64,000 bases of DNA, taken from assembly GCA_963821595.1 (NCBI GenBank), contig CAWGEL010000023.1, positions 138,930-202,929 on the forward strand. Reading direction: 5' to 3'. Shown here piece after piece: positions 7,153 to 14,475 of this stretch. The DNA comes from an uncultured Chloroflexia bacterium (lineage in GTDB: Bacteria > Chloroflexota > Limnocylindria > Limnocylindrales > CSP1-4). The position numbers and the translations under genes are program-made. Within the stretch, counting starts at the first letter, position 1. Every line of letters begins with the position of its first letter. Below the pieces are notes generated by a model. It did not search any database, was not told the origin of the DNA, and saw nothing but the letters and a program-made list of their open reading frames with translations.

Positions 7153-7965
7153 ATGCAGCGAAACCTGGTTCCCATCGGGCGCTTCTCTCGCCTCTGTCGG
7201 CTGACGATCCCGGCCCTGCGCCACTACGACGACGTCGGCCTGCTTCGGCCGGCGGCGATCGACCCTGACACCGGCTACCGCTATTACAGCCTCGCCCAGG
7301 CCGAGGAGGCGGAGTGGATCCGCATCCTGCGGTTCATGGACATGCCGATCGAGGAGATCAGCGCCCTCCTCGCCGAACGCGATCCTGAGGCCAGGGCGGA
7401 CCGGCTCGACCAGCACCGCCGGCGCCTGCAGGGTCGGATCGAGGGCTACCAGGCTTCGCTTGCCTTCCTCCGTCGACTCATGAGCCAGGAGGCAGGTCCG
7501 ATGCAGTACGAGGTCCATGTCCGGGAGACGGCCGACCAGCCCGTCGCCACCGTCCGCGACCGCACGCCCGTGTCCGGCTTCCCCGCGTTCTTCCAGGGCG
7601 CCTACGGGGAGATCCTCGGCCTGATCGGGGCGGCAGGGATCCAGCCCGCCGGGCCGCCCTTCTCGATTTACCACGATCCGGAGTTCACCGATGACGACGT
7701 CGACGTGGAGGTGGGCTTCCCCGTCGCCAGGGCCGTGGCGTCGGCCGGCCGGGTCGTCGGGCGGGTCCTGCCGGGCGGCCCGGTCGCGGAGACTCTCCAT
7801 GTCGGGCCGTACGACGAGGTGGGGCCGGCCTACCGGGCGGTCGCGGGCTGGGTCCAGGAGCACGGCCACGAGATGGCCGGCCCGCCGCGCGAGGTCTACC
7901 TCGTCGGCGTCGGCATGGCCGAGCCGGCCGAGTACCGGACCGAGATCGTGTTCCCGATCGGATAG
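7153..7965 (+). CDS. MerR-family transcriptional regulator with C-terminal GyrI-like effector-binding domain
   Basis: The N-terminal MerR HTH reads IGRFSRLCRLTIPALRHYDDVGLLRPAAIDPDTGYRYY. A coiled-coil follows, then a ~150-aa GyrI/SbmC-like domain (...FSIYHDPEF...VEVGFPV...). Confidence 0.85.
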   Translation: MQRNLVPIGRFSRLCRLTIPALRHYDDVGLLRPAAIDPDTGYRYYSLAQAEEAEWIRILRFMDMPIEEISALLAERDPEARADRLDQHRRRLQGRIEGYQASLAFLRRLMSQEAGPMQYEVHVRETADQPVATVRDRTPVSGFPAFFQGAYGEILGLIGAAGIQPAGPPFSIYHDPEFTDDDVDVEVGFPVARAVASAGRVVGRVLPGGPVAETLHVGPYDEVGPAYRAVAGWVQEHGHEMAGPPREVYLVGVGMAEPAEYRTEIVFPIG

Positions 7966-8015
7966 CCGGGCCCGACGGCACGATCGGGCACGCGGCGACG
8001 TCGCGGCGCGAGTGG

Positions 8016-8483
8016 CTACTTCCCCGCGACCCGCCGCGTGCCCACCAGGATCAGCACGAAGGTCGTCTCGACGACGTCGACCGCCGCGATCACGAGCGCG
8101 ACGACGATCGGGAGCGGACTCGCGACCAGCCAGCCGGCCGCCGCGGCCAGCGCGGCCAGGCCGAGGAACACCAGGCGGACGCCGCGGATCAGGTGGACCG
8201 GTCCCTCGACCCCGGGGTCGCGCGCCGCGTCGATGCGGCCAACGCCGGCCGCGAACGCGGCCAAACCGACGAGGACCGCCGCCCCGACGAAGCAGGCCCT
8301 CACGATCGCCGGCGGCGTGACGACTGCCTGGAGGAGGCCCGCGTCCCGGCCGAGGGCCGTGCCGAGCGCGAACGCGCCCAGGCCGACCAGCAGCGAGACC
8401 AGGTCGATGCGGCGGACGCCCGCCGCACCACGGGCGGGCTGGCTCTCGCCGTTCGGTAGCCCCGCCCCGGCCGCTCCGCTCAC
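8016..8483 (-). CDS. Small integral membrane protein (about four hydrophobic helices), function unknown
   Basis: The GTG at 8483 overlaps the mec stop (GTGA). The translation has hydrophobic segments such as LVSLLVGLGAFALGTAL, ACFVGAAVLVGLAAFAAGV, LVFLGLAALAAAAGWLV and IVVALVIAAVDVV. This is only the 3-prime third of the 497-aa track ORF. Confidence 0.55.
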   Translation of the reverse strand: MSGAAGAGLPNGESQPARGAAGVRRIDLVSLLVGLGAFALGTALGRDAGLLQAVVTPPAIVRACFVGAAVLVGLAAFAAGVGRIDAARDPGVEGPVHLIRGVRLVFLGLAALAAAAGWLVASPLPIVVALVIAAVDVVETTFVLILVGTRRVAGK

Positions 8484-8977
8484 GGCGCGACGTCCAGCGC
8501 CACCTCGAACACGTCGCCGTCGACGATGCGCCAGGCGCGGACGGACGGGGCGCCGGTGACGGGATCCGCCTCGGCTTCCGCCAGCGAGACCAGCAGGTAG
8601 AGCGCCGCCGGCCAGTTCGCGGCCAGGCCGACATCCGTCGCCGACGGCCGGGCCGGCGTCCGCACGTGACTGTGAGCGATCCCCCAGACCACCTCGTCGG
8701 CGTCGTCGATCGCCCCGAACACAGCCAGCAGGTCGTCGGGGTGAACGTTGTACCGGTGCGGCGACGCGTAGGCGTTGCGCGTGGGGTGCCAGAAGCGGGC
8801 CGTCCCACCGGCCGCCGGGTCCGCGGAACCGGAGACGATGCCGCACATCTCGTTGGGGTATTCGGCGCGCGCATGCGCGACGAGCGCGTCGCGGATCGCC
8901 GCCGGCAGGACGGCGCGTGCCGGGCCCGGGTGGGTCGCAGGATCGGGTGCGGCCGCCTCGACCGGCTGGCTCACCAC
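8480..8977 (-). CDS. mec: JAMM/MPN+ metalloprotease (Mec-type CysO hydrolase)
   Basis: It has the Glu motif NEMCGIV and a full JAMM motif, HSHVRTPARPSATD (HxHx7Sx2D). The GTG start overlaps the cysM stop. Confidence 0.85.
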   Translation of the reverse strand: MVSQPVEAAAPDPATHPGPARAVLPAAIRDALVAHARAEYPNEMCGIVSGSADPAAGGTARFWHPTRNAYASPHRYNVHPDDLLAVFGAIDDADEVVWGIAHSHVRTPARPSATDVGLAANWPAALYLLVSLAEAEADPVTGAPSVRAWRIVDGDVFEVALDVAP

Positions 8978-10026
8978 CAGTTGACCCCGCCCTCCAGGTC
9001 CGCCTCCATGTCGTCGAGCTCGCGGCTGAACGTGCCGGCGGACAGGTATTTCCAGCCGCCATCGGGCAGCAGGGCAACGATGGTCCCGGACGCCATCCGC
9101 CTCGCGACGCGCGCGGCGGCAACCAGGACCGCGCCGCAGGAAGGGCCGGCGAAGATGCCCTCCCGGAAGACGAGCTCGCGAAGGGACGCGATCGCCTCCC
9201 GGTTGGAGACCAGGAACTTGCCGTCGAGGATCGCCGGGTCGAACACCTCCGGCACGAATCCCTCGTCGAGCGAGCGCAGCCCCTGCACGTTCTCGCCGGG
9301 CAGCGGCTCCGCGGCGTAGACGCGGACACCGGGCCGGTGCTCCTTGAGGTACCGTCCCGTGCCGGTGAGCGTCCCGCCGGTCCCGAGGCCGGCGACAAAG
9401 ACGTCGATCTCCGGGCAGTCCGCCAGGATCTCGGGCCCGGTGGTCTCGTAATGCGCCTGGGGGTTCGCCGGGTTGCCGTATTGGTATGGCATGACGAACC
9501 GTTCGTCACGACTCACCAGGTACTTGGCCAGGGCGATCGCACCGTTGCTCCCCTGCTCCGCCGGGGAATCGATGATCTCTGCCCCGAACAGCGCGGCGAC
9601 CTGGCGGCGCTCCTCGGTCACGTTCGCCGGCATGACCAGGGCCACCCGGTAGCCCTTGCGACGGCCGATCATGGCCAACGCGATCCCGGTGTTGCCCGAC
9701 GTCGGCTCCAGGATCACTGAGTCCTCGTGGAGGAGCCCGCGCCGCTCCAGATCCGCCACCAGGTAGGCTGCCGCGCGGTCCTTCACGGACCCGGTGGGGT
9801 TGTACATCTCGAGCTTGGCCAGGATCCGCACCGCCGGACTCGGGCTCATCCGGGGGATCTCGACCAGCGGCGTGTGCCCGACCGCGTCGAGGATGCTCGC
9901 GTACCGGCCCCCGTGCCTCGGCAGTTCGGCGTGGTCGTGAACGTGCGGATGGTCGGCCGCGGCCGACTCCGCGGGCGACGCTGGCGCCCCGGGGCGAGCC
10001 CGGACCGGCCGCGAGGTGATCGTCAT
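8971..10026 (-). CDS. cysM: Cysteine synthase CysM-type (PLP-dependent; sulfur-carrier-protein-dependent O-phosphoserine sulfhydrylase family)
   Basis: PLP-lysine region NPTGSVKDRAA, plus TSGNTGIALA and GLGTGGTLTG. The ATG at 10026 overlaps the cysO stop (ATGA). There is a ~40-aa His-rich N-terminal extension. Confidence 0.85.
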   Translation of the reverse strand: MTITSRPVRARPGAPASPAESAAADHPHVHDHAELPRHGGRYASILDAVGHTPLVEIPRMSPSPAVRILAKLEMYNPTGSVKDRAAAYLVADLERRGLLHEDSVILEPTSGNTGIALAMIGRRKGYRVALVMPANVTEERRQVAALFGAEIIDSPAEQGSNGAIALAKYLVSRDERFVMPYQYGNPANPQAHYETTGPEILADCPEIDVFVAGLGTGGTLTGTGRYLKEHRPGVRVYAAEPLPGENVQGLRSLDEGFVPEVFDPAILDGKFLVSNREAIASLRELVFREGIFAGPSCGAVLVAAARVARRMASGTIVALLPDGGWKYLSAGTFSRELDDMEADLEGGVNWW

Positions 10027-10301
10027 GCCGCGCCGCCGGCCATGGCCGGCAGGATCACGACCTCGTCGCCGTCGGCGATGGCCGTCGCCAGGTCGCCGGT
10101 GTAGCGCACGTCCTGGCCGTCCACGTACACGTTGACGAACCGATTGAGCCCGCCATCGTCGGTGAGCAGCTGCTGACGCAGCCCCGGGTGCGCGGCGGTC
10201 AACGCGGCGAGGATCTCGCCGACCGTCGCGCCGCTGACATCGAGCGTCTTGCTGCCGCCCGCCTGCGCTCGCAGGACCGGCGGGATCCGGATCCTGGCCA
10301 T
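10023..10301 (-). CDS. cysO: ThiS/MoaD-family sulfur-carrier protein (CysO-like), C-terminus ...AMAGG-AA
   Basis: A 92-aa beta-grasp-type sequence (VRYTGDLATAIADGDEVVILPAMAGGAA). It sits between an E1-like adenylyltransferase and cysM. Both gene junctions are ATGA overlaps. Confidence 0.85.
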   Translation of the reverse strand: MARIRIPPVLRAQAGGSKTLDVSGATVGEILAALTAAHPGLRQQLLTDDGGLNRFVNVYVDGQDVRYTGDLATAIADGDEVVILPAMAGGAA

Positions 10302-11599
10302 CAGCGACGCTCCGGTGCGCCCGCGGCGAGAGAGGCAACGCCCGGCCCACCCAGGACGAAGGTCCCCTCGCCAACCGCGATCGGCGTCGTCGGGACGGCC
10401 GGTGCCGCGCCGGGTCCGGTCGGCGCTGCGCCGGGTCCGGCCGGCGCCGCGGGCCGGGCCGCCGTCCCCGCCCGGTACGCCGCGACCGCCTCGTCGGAGC
10501 AGGCCGGGCAGTCCGGGTCGCGCTGCAGCGTGAGCTCGCTGAACGTGCCATCGAGCGCGTCGAAGAGGAGCAGGCGCCCGATCATCGGCTCACCGATGGC
10601 GAGCAGGAGCTTGAGCACTTCGCTCGCCTGCAGGAGGCCCATGATCCCGGGCACCACGCCCAGCACGCCGGCGACCGAGCAGCCCGGAGCGAGCTCCGGC
10701 GGGGGCGGCGACGGGTAGAGGCAGCGATAGCAGGGCCCCTTGCCGGGGGCGAAGACGCTGAGCTGGCCCTCGAAGCGGAACACCGACGCATGGACGACCG
10801 GGATGCCGGCGGCGACGGCCGCATCGTTGAGCGTGTAGCGCGTCTCGAACGTGTCGGTGCCGTCGAGGATGACGTCGTAGCCGGCGATGATCCGGTCCAC
10901 GTTGTCCGGACCAAGGACCTCGTCGATGCCCACGACGTGCACGTCGGGGTTGAGGGCGGTGATGGTCCGCTCGGCCGAAACGACCTTCTTCTCGCCCACC
11001 CGGTCGGTGGCGTGGAGGACCTGGCGCTGGAGGTTCGAGATGTCGACCACGTCGAAATCGACGATCCCGAGCGTGCCGACGCCGGCCGCCGCCAGGTACA
11101 GCGCGGCGGGCGAGCCCAGCCCGCCGGCGCCCACGAGCAGTACCTTCGAGTCGAGGAGCCGCGCCTGTCCCTCCGAACCGACCTCCGGGATCAGGACGTG
11201 GCGGCTGTAGCGGCGCTTCTGGTCGGCCGTCAGGATCGACGGCTGAATCCAGGGCAGGCCTCGCGCCTTCCATTCGTCGAAGCCGCCCGCCAGCGAGACC
11301 ACGTCCTCGTAGCCCATCGCCCGGAGCGTCTGGCCGGCGAAGAGAGAGCGGACGCCGCCGGCGCAGTAGAGCACGACCGGCGTCCGCCGGTTCGGCACGG
11401 AACCCTCGACCTGCTGCTCGAGGTAGCTCTTGGAGATGTGCGTCGCGCCCGGGATGTGGCCCTGCTCCCACTCCTCGGTCTCGCGCACGTCGATCACGGC
11501 GACCCTAGGGTCGGCGCGGAGGCGGTCCGCGGCCGGCGGATCGACCTCCGGGATCTCGGCGCGGGCCTCGCGGAGGAGGTCGGCGTAGGTCTTCGGCAT
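10301..11599 (-). CDS. Rhodanese::MoeB/ThiF-type adenylyltransferase/sulfurtransferase (rhodanese domain N-terminal)
   Basis: Residues ~20-125 form a rhodanese domain with the active loop CAGGVRS. A ThiF/MoeB domain follows (LLVGAGGLGSPAALYLAAAGVG, two CxxC pairs CYRC and CPAC), then a ~60-aa Ala/Pro/Gly repeat tail. Confidence 0.85.
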   Translation of the reverse strand: MPKTYADLLREARAEIPEVDPPAADRLRADPRVAVIDVRETEEWEQGHIPGATHISKSYLEQQVEGSVPNRRTPVVLYCAGGVRSLFAGQTLRAMGYEDVVSLAGGFDEWKARGLPWIQPSILTADQKRRYSRHVLIPEVGSEGQARLLDSKVLLVGAGGLGSPAALYLAAAGVGTLGIVDFDVVDISNLQRQVLHATDRVGEKKVVSAERTITALNPDVHVVGIDEVLGPDNVDRIIAGYDVILDGTDTFETRYTLNDAAVAAGIPVVHASVFRFEGQLSVFAPGKGPCYRCLYPSPPPPELAPGCSVAGVLGVVPGIMGLLQASEVLKLLLAIGEPMIGRLLLFDALDGTFSELTLQRDPDCPACSDEAVAAYRAGTAARPAAPAGPGAAPTGPGAAPAVPTTPIAVGEGTFVLGGPGVASLAAGAPERR

Positions 11600-11800
11600 G
11601 AGTGGTGAACGGTGCTCCGACTGGTCGACGGGCTGCCGGCTGGGGAAGCCGGCAGGGCGGCTGAATGCGGTCGCCGGCTCGTGGCCTGACGACGCCGCGA
11701 GGAACGCCGGCCCGGTGGGCGCGGATGGCGCCGGCTCAGGCCGGCTGCCGACACCTGCAGTGGTCGGTCGCGTGCGCACGCCGGCGAGGACCTCCGATGC

Positions 11801-12232
11801 TCATCGTTCGGCGGCCTCCGCCGTCGGCGTGCCCGTCGCCGCCGGGTCGGGCGCAGCGGCTGCCGCCCCGCGGTCGGCGAGCGCATGGCTGACCGTGTCG
11901 AGCGACAGCAGCGCGCACTTCAGGCGCGCCGGGCTGATCTCGATCCCCAGCAGGTCGAGGAGGTCGTCGGGCGTCAGCCGCTCGACGTCGCTCACGGGCT
12001 TGCCCTTGATCTCGTCGGTGAGGAGCGACGCCGACGCCTGGCTGATGGCGCAGCCGCGGCCCGTGAAGGCGACCTCGGCGACGACGCCGTTGCGGATCCC
12101 GAGCATCATCGTGATGCGGTCGCCACACAGCGGGTTGGCCCCTTCGAAACGGGCGTCGGGGTGCTCCAGAATGCCGAAGTTGTGGGGCCGCCGGTAGTGC
12201 TCGAGGATGTAGTCGCGGTAGAGGTCGTCCAT
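11801..12232 (-). CDS. sufU: SufU/IscU-like Fe-S cluster assembly sulfur-transfer/scaffold protein
   Basis: The translation reads MDDLYRDYILEHYRRPHNFG...NPLCGDRITM...GRGCAISQASASL...LKCALLS, showing the conserved Cys/Asp ligands. The start is taken at ATG 12232, not the track start at 12340. Confidence 0.85.
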   Translation of the reverse strand: MDDLYRDYILEHYRRPHNFGILEHPDARFEGANPLCGDRITMMLGIRNGVVAEVAFTGRGCAISQASASLLTDEIKGKPVSDVERLTPDDLLDLLGIEISPARLKCALLSLDTVSHALADRGAAAAAPDPAATGTPTAEAAER

Positions 12233-12348
12233 CGGGAGCCGAGTGTAGCGCGGACGTCCACGATCTGCCGGAAATCCGACCTCCTGGGTCGGGTTTCCAC
12301 CCGCGTCGCCGCCGGGGGGCGGCGGTAGCCGGCGCGGCAACCGGCCGG

Positions 12349-12648
12349 CGCGCCGCCGCGCGGGCCGGGCGCGTCGCCGCGGGCCGGGTCAGGCGCCGGA
12401 TCCGCCGCGCGGGCCGGGCGCGTCGCCGCGGGCCGGGTCAGGCGCCGGATCCGCCGCGCGGGCCGGGCGCGTCGCCGCGGGCCGGGTCAGGCGCCGGATC
12501 CGCCGCGCGGGCCGGGCGCGTCGCCGCGGGCCGGGTCAGGCGCCGGATCCGCCGCGCGGGCCGGGCGCGTCGCCGCGGGCCGGGTAGGCGCCGGATCCGC
12601 CGCGCGGGCCGGGCGCGTCGCCGCGCGGGCTCAGGCGCCGGATCCGCC
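12349..12648. repeat. 49-bp GC-rich tandem repeat, about 6 copies
   Basis: The unit CGGGCCGGGCGCGTCGCCGCGGGCCGGGTCAGGCGCCGGATCCGCCGCG starts at 12361, 12410, 12459 and 12508 as identical copies. The copy at 12557 is 1 nt shorter, and a degenerate last copy starts at ~12604. Each unit contains the sub-repeat GCGGGCCGGG twice. No track ORF of 60 aa or more spans the array. Confidence 0.95.
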
Positions 12649-12850
12649 GGATATCCACCGGGAGCATGCTGGCCCGGCGAACCTCCGCGACCCCTGCCAG
12701 TTAGTCATCGGGCGAATGCTGGGGAGATCGACAGGCGGTGAACGGCCGAATCCGGGCGCTCGTCGAGCGTGCGTCCTTGGCCCGAAGCGAGCGCCGGTCG
12801 CGATTCCGTCGCTACCTGGCGCCGAAGATCCCAGGAGTGGATATTCGCCA

Positions 12851-13053
12851 GGTCTGGGCCCGGCAGGTCCGCGGCCTCGCAGGTCCGGGCCGCGCGCAGG
12901 TCCGCGGCCTCGCAGGTCCGGGCCCCGGTCCGCGGCCTCGCAGGTCCGGGCCCCAGGTCCGCGGCCTCGCAGGTCCGGGCCCCGGGTCCGCGGCCTCGCA
13001 GGTCCGGGCCCGGCAGGTCCGCGGCCTCGCAGGTCCGGGCCCCCGGTCCGGGC
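12851..13053. repeat. Array of six 26-bp GC-rich core repeats separated by 2-7 bp variable spacers
   Basis: The core GGTCCGCGGCCTCGCAGGTCCGGGCC starts at 12866, 12899, 12927, 12956, 12985 and 13016. Degenerate half-units flank both ends. The core is built from the two half-sites GGTCCG(C)GGCC. Confidence 0.9.
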
Positions 13054-13077
13054 ACGCGCGCGCCGGCGCCCCGCCGC

Positions 13078-14206
13078 CTACTTGACCGTGACACCGACCG
13101 TGGTCGGCCAGCCCCTGGTGATCACGTCGTTCGCCCTCGTGATCTGGTCGAGCGTGGGGAGGGCGGCACCGCTCGAGTCGGGCAGGTTGGCCGCCACGTC
13201 GGCCGGGATCGCGTTGGCCTTGACCATCGCGTCGTAGCGGATCGGGTAGCAGTACCCGCTCATCCACGCCAGTTGGCCTTCATTGGAGTACAGGTACTCC
13301 ATCCAGAGCCTGGCCGCGTTCGGATGCGGAGCGTAGGCGCTGATCGCCTGGACGTACATGTCGCCGAGACGGCCGCTCCTGGGCACGACGACCGTGATCG
13401 GGGGGTTGCCCTTCAGGGAGTCCCTGTCAGCGAGGGCGTTGTACGTCCATGCGATGCGGATGGGCGTCTGGCCCGAGGCGACGGTGGCCGTCCTCCCGAT
13501 GACGGGGACGAAGATGCCGGCATCGGTTGAGCTGCTTGAAGTAGTCGAGGCCTGGCTGCGCGTTGTCGAGCGAGCCACCATTGGCGAGGGCTGCCGCCCA
13601 GACGGCCGAGACCGCCTGATTCGAGCCCGTCGGAGCACCGGCCAGGGCGACCGTACCCTTGCCCGCCGCGAGCAGGTCGGACCAGTCCCGGGGCACGGTC
13701 CTGATCACCGACGTGTTGACCTCGAATGCCATCACGCCGTAGTAGTCGCCATACCAGTACCCGCTCGGGTCCTTGGCCGAATTGGGGATGTCGGCCCAGG
13801 TCGACACTTTGTACGGAGCGATCAGTCCCTCGCTCATTGCCTTCGACCCGTCGGACGGTCCGACGTCGATGACGTCCGGCGCGGCCGGGCCCTTGCTGCC
13901 CTTGTTGGCGGTGATGGCTTCGAGCGCCTGCTGAGAGCTGCCGTCCGGGTTGAGGCCGTTGACGGGGATGCCGTACCTGGCAGTGAAACCGTCGATCACC
14001 GCTCCGTAGTTGCACCAGGACCGGGGCAGGGCAATCGTCGTCAGCCCGCCCTCCGCCTTGGCCGCCTGGACGAGGCCCTCGGGGATGGTGCCGGGCGAGG
14101 CCGCCGCCGGCGGTGTCGGCGCGGGCGTGCTCGAGCACGCGGCCGCCAGGAGCGCGGCTGCAACGCCTGCCGCGGCGAGCCGGGACGACCTGCGATCGCT
14201 GTGCAA
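13078..14206 (-). pseudogene. ABC-transporter family-1 solute-binding lipoprotein, interrupted by a +1 frameshift near 13528
   Basis: The N-terminal part (frame of track ORF 13427..14344) has SD GGGAAAGGGAG, a TTG start at 14206 and the lipobox LLAAACSS. The C-terminal part continues in track ORF 13078..13638. The frames join at ...DYFKQLN|DAGIFVPVIG once one extra C in AACCGAT is removed. The length of 1129 nt is not a multiple of 3. Confidence 0.75.
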
Positions 14207-14475
14207 CTGCTCCCTTTCCCGCGTTCTTGCCGGAGATCCGGAGGCCCTGCGCACCCCTGACGGCGGGTCCGTCGCGGCGCCCCGCGGCTGCCGTAGCGAT
14301 CGATGAGAACCCGCCTGTCGAGATCCCATCACTGGCGACGCCACGGGTCGACCACGGCCCGGATGGTACCGGTCGCGGCACCGGAGTCAAACGACCGGAA
14401 GCTGAGGCTGGCATGGTTCGAGGTCGGCCGCCCGGAAAGCGGGCGACCGCCGCGCGGATCGCTCGACGCAGCGTC

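Noticed and set aside
8016-9509. A 497-aa minus-strand ORF spanning the mec and cysM region.
   Set aside because: Most of it is out of frame with mec and cysM. Only the last 155 codons (8016-8483), which start at a GTG overlapping the mec stop and encode hydrophobic helices, were kept as a plausible gene.
12641-12864. A riboswitch, for example SAM-type, upstream of the sulfur operon.
   Set aside because: I could not match any riboswitch consensus that I know by eye. The segment is separated from sufU by the 300-bp repeat array, which is atypical for a cis-leader. It is kept only as an unexplained segment in the findings.
12349-13053. Possible CRISPR array, given regularly spaced direct repeats.
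   Set aside because: The 49-bp array has no spacers at all. The second array has spacers of only 2-7 bp. No cas genes are present in the window.
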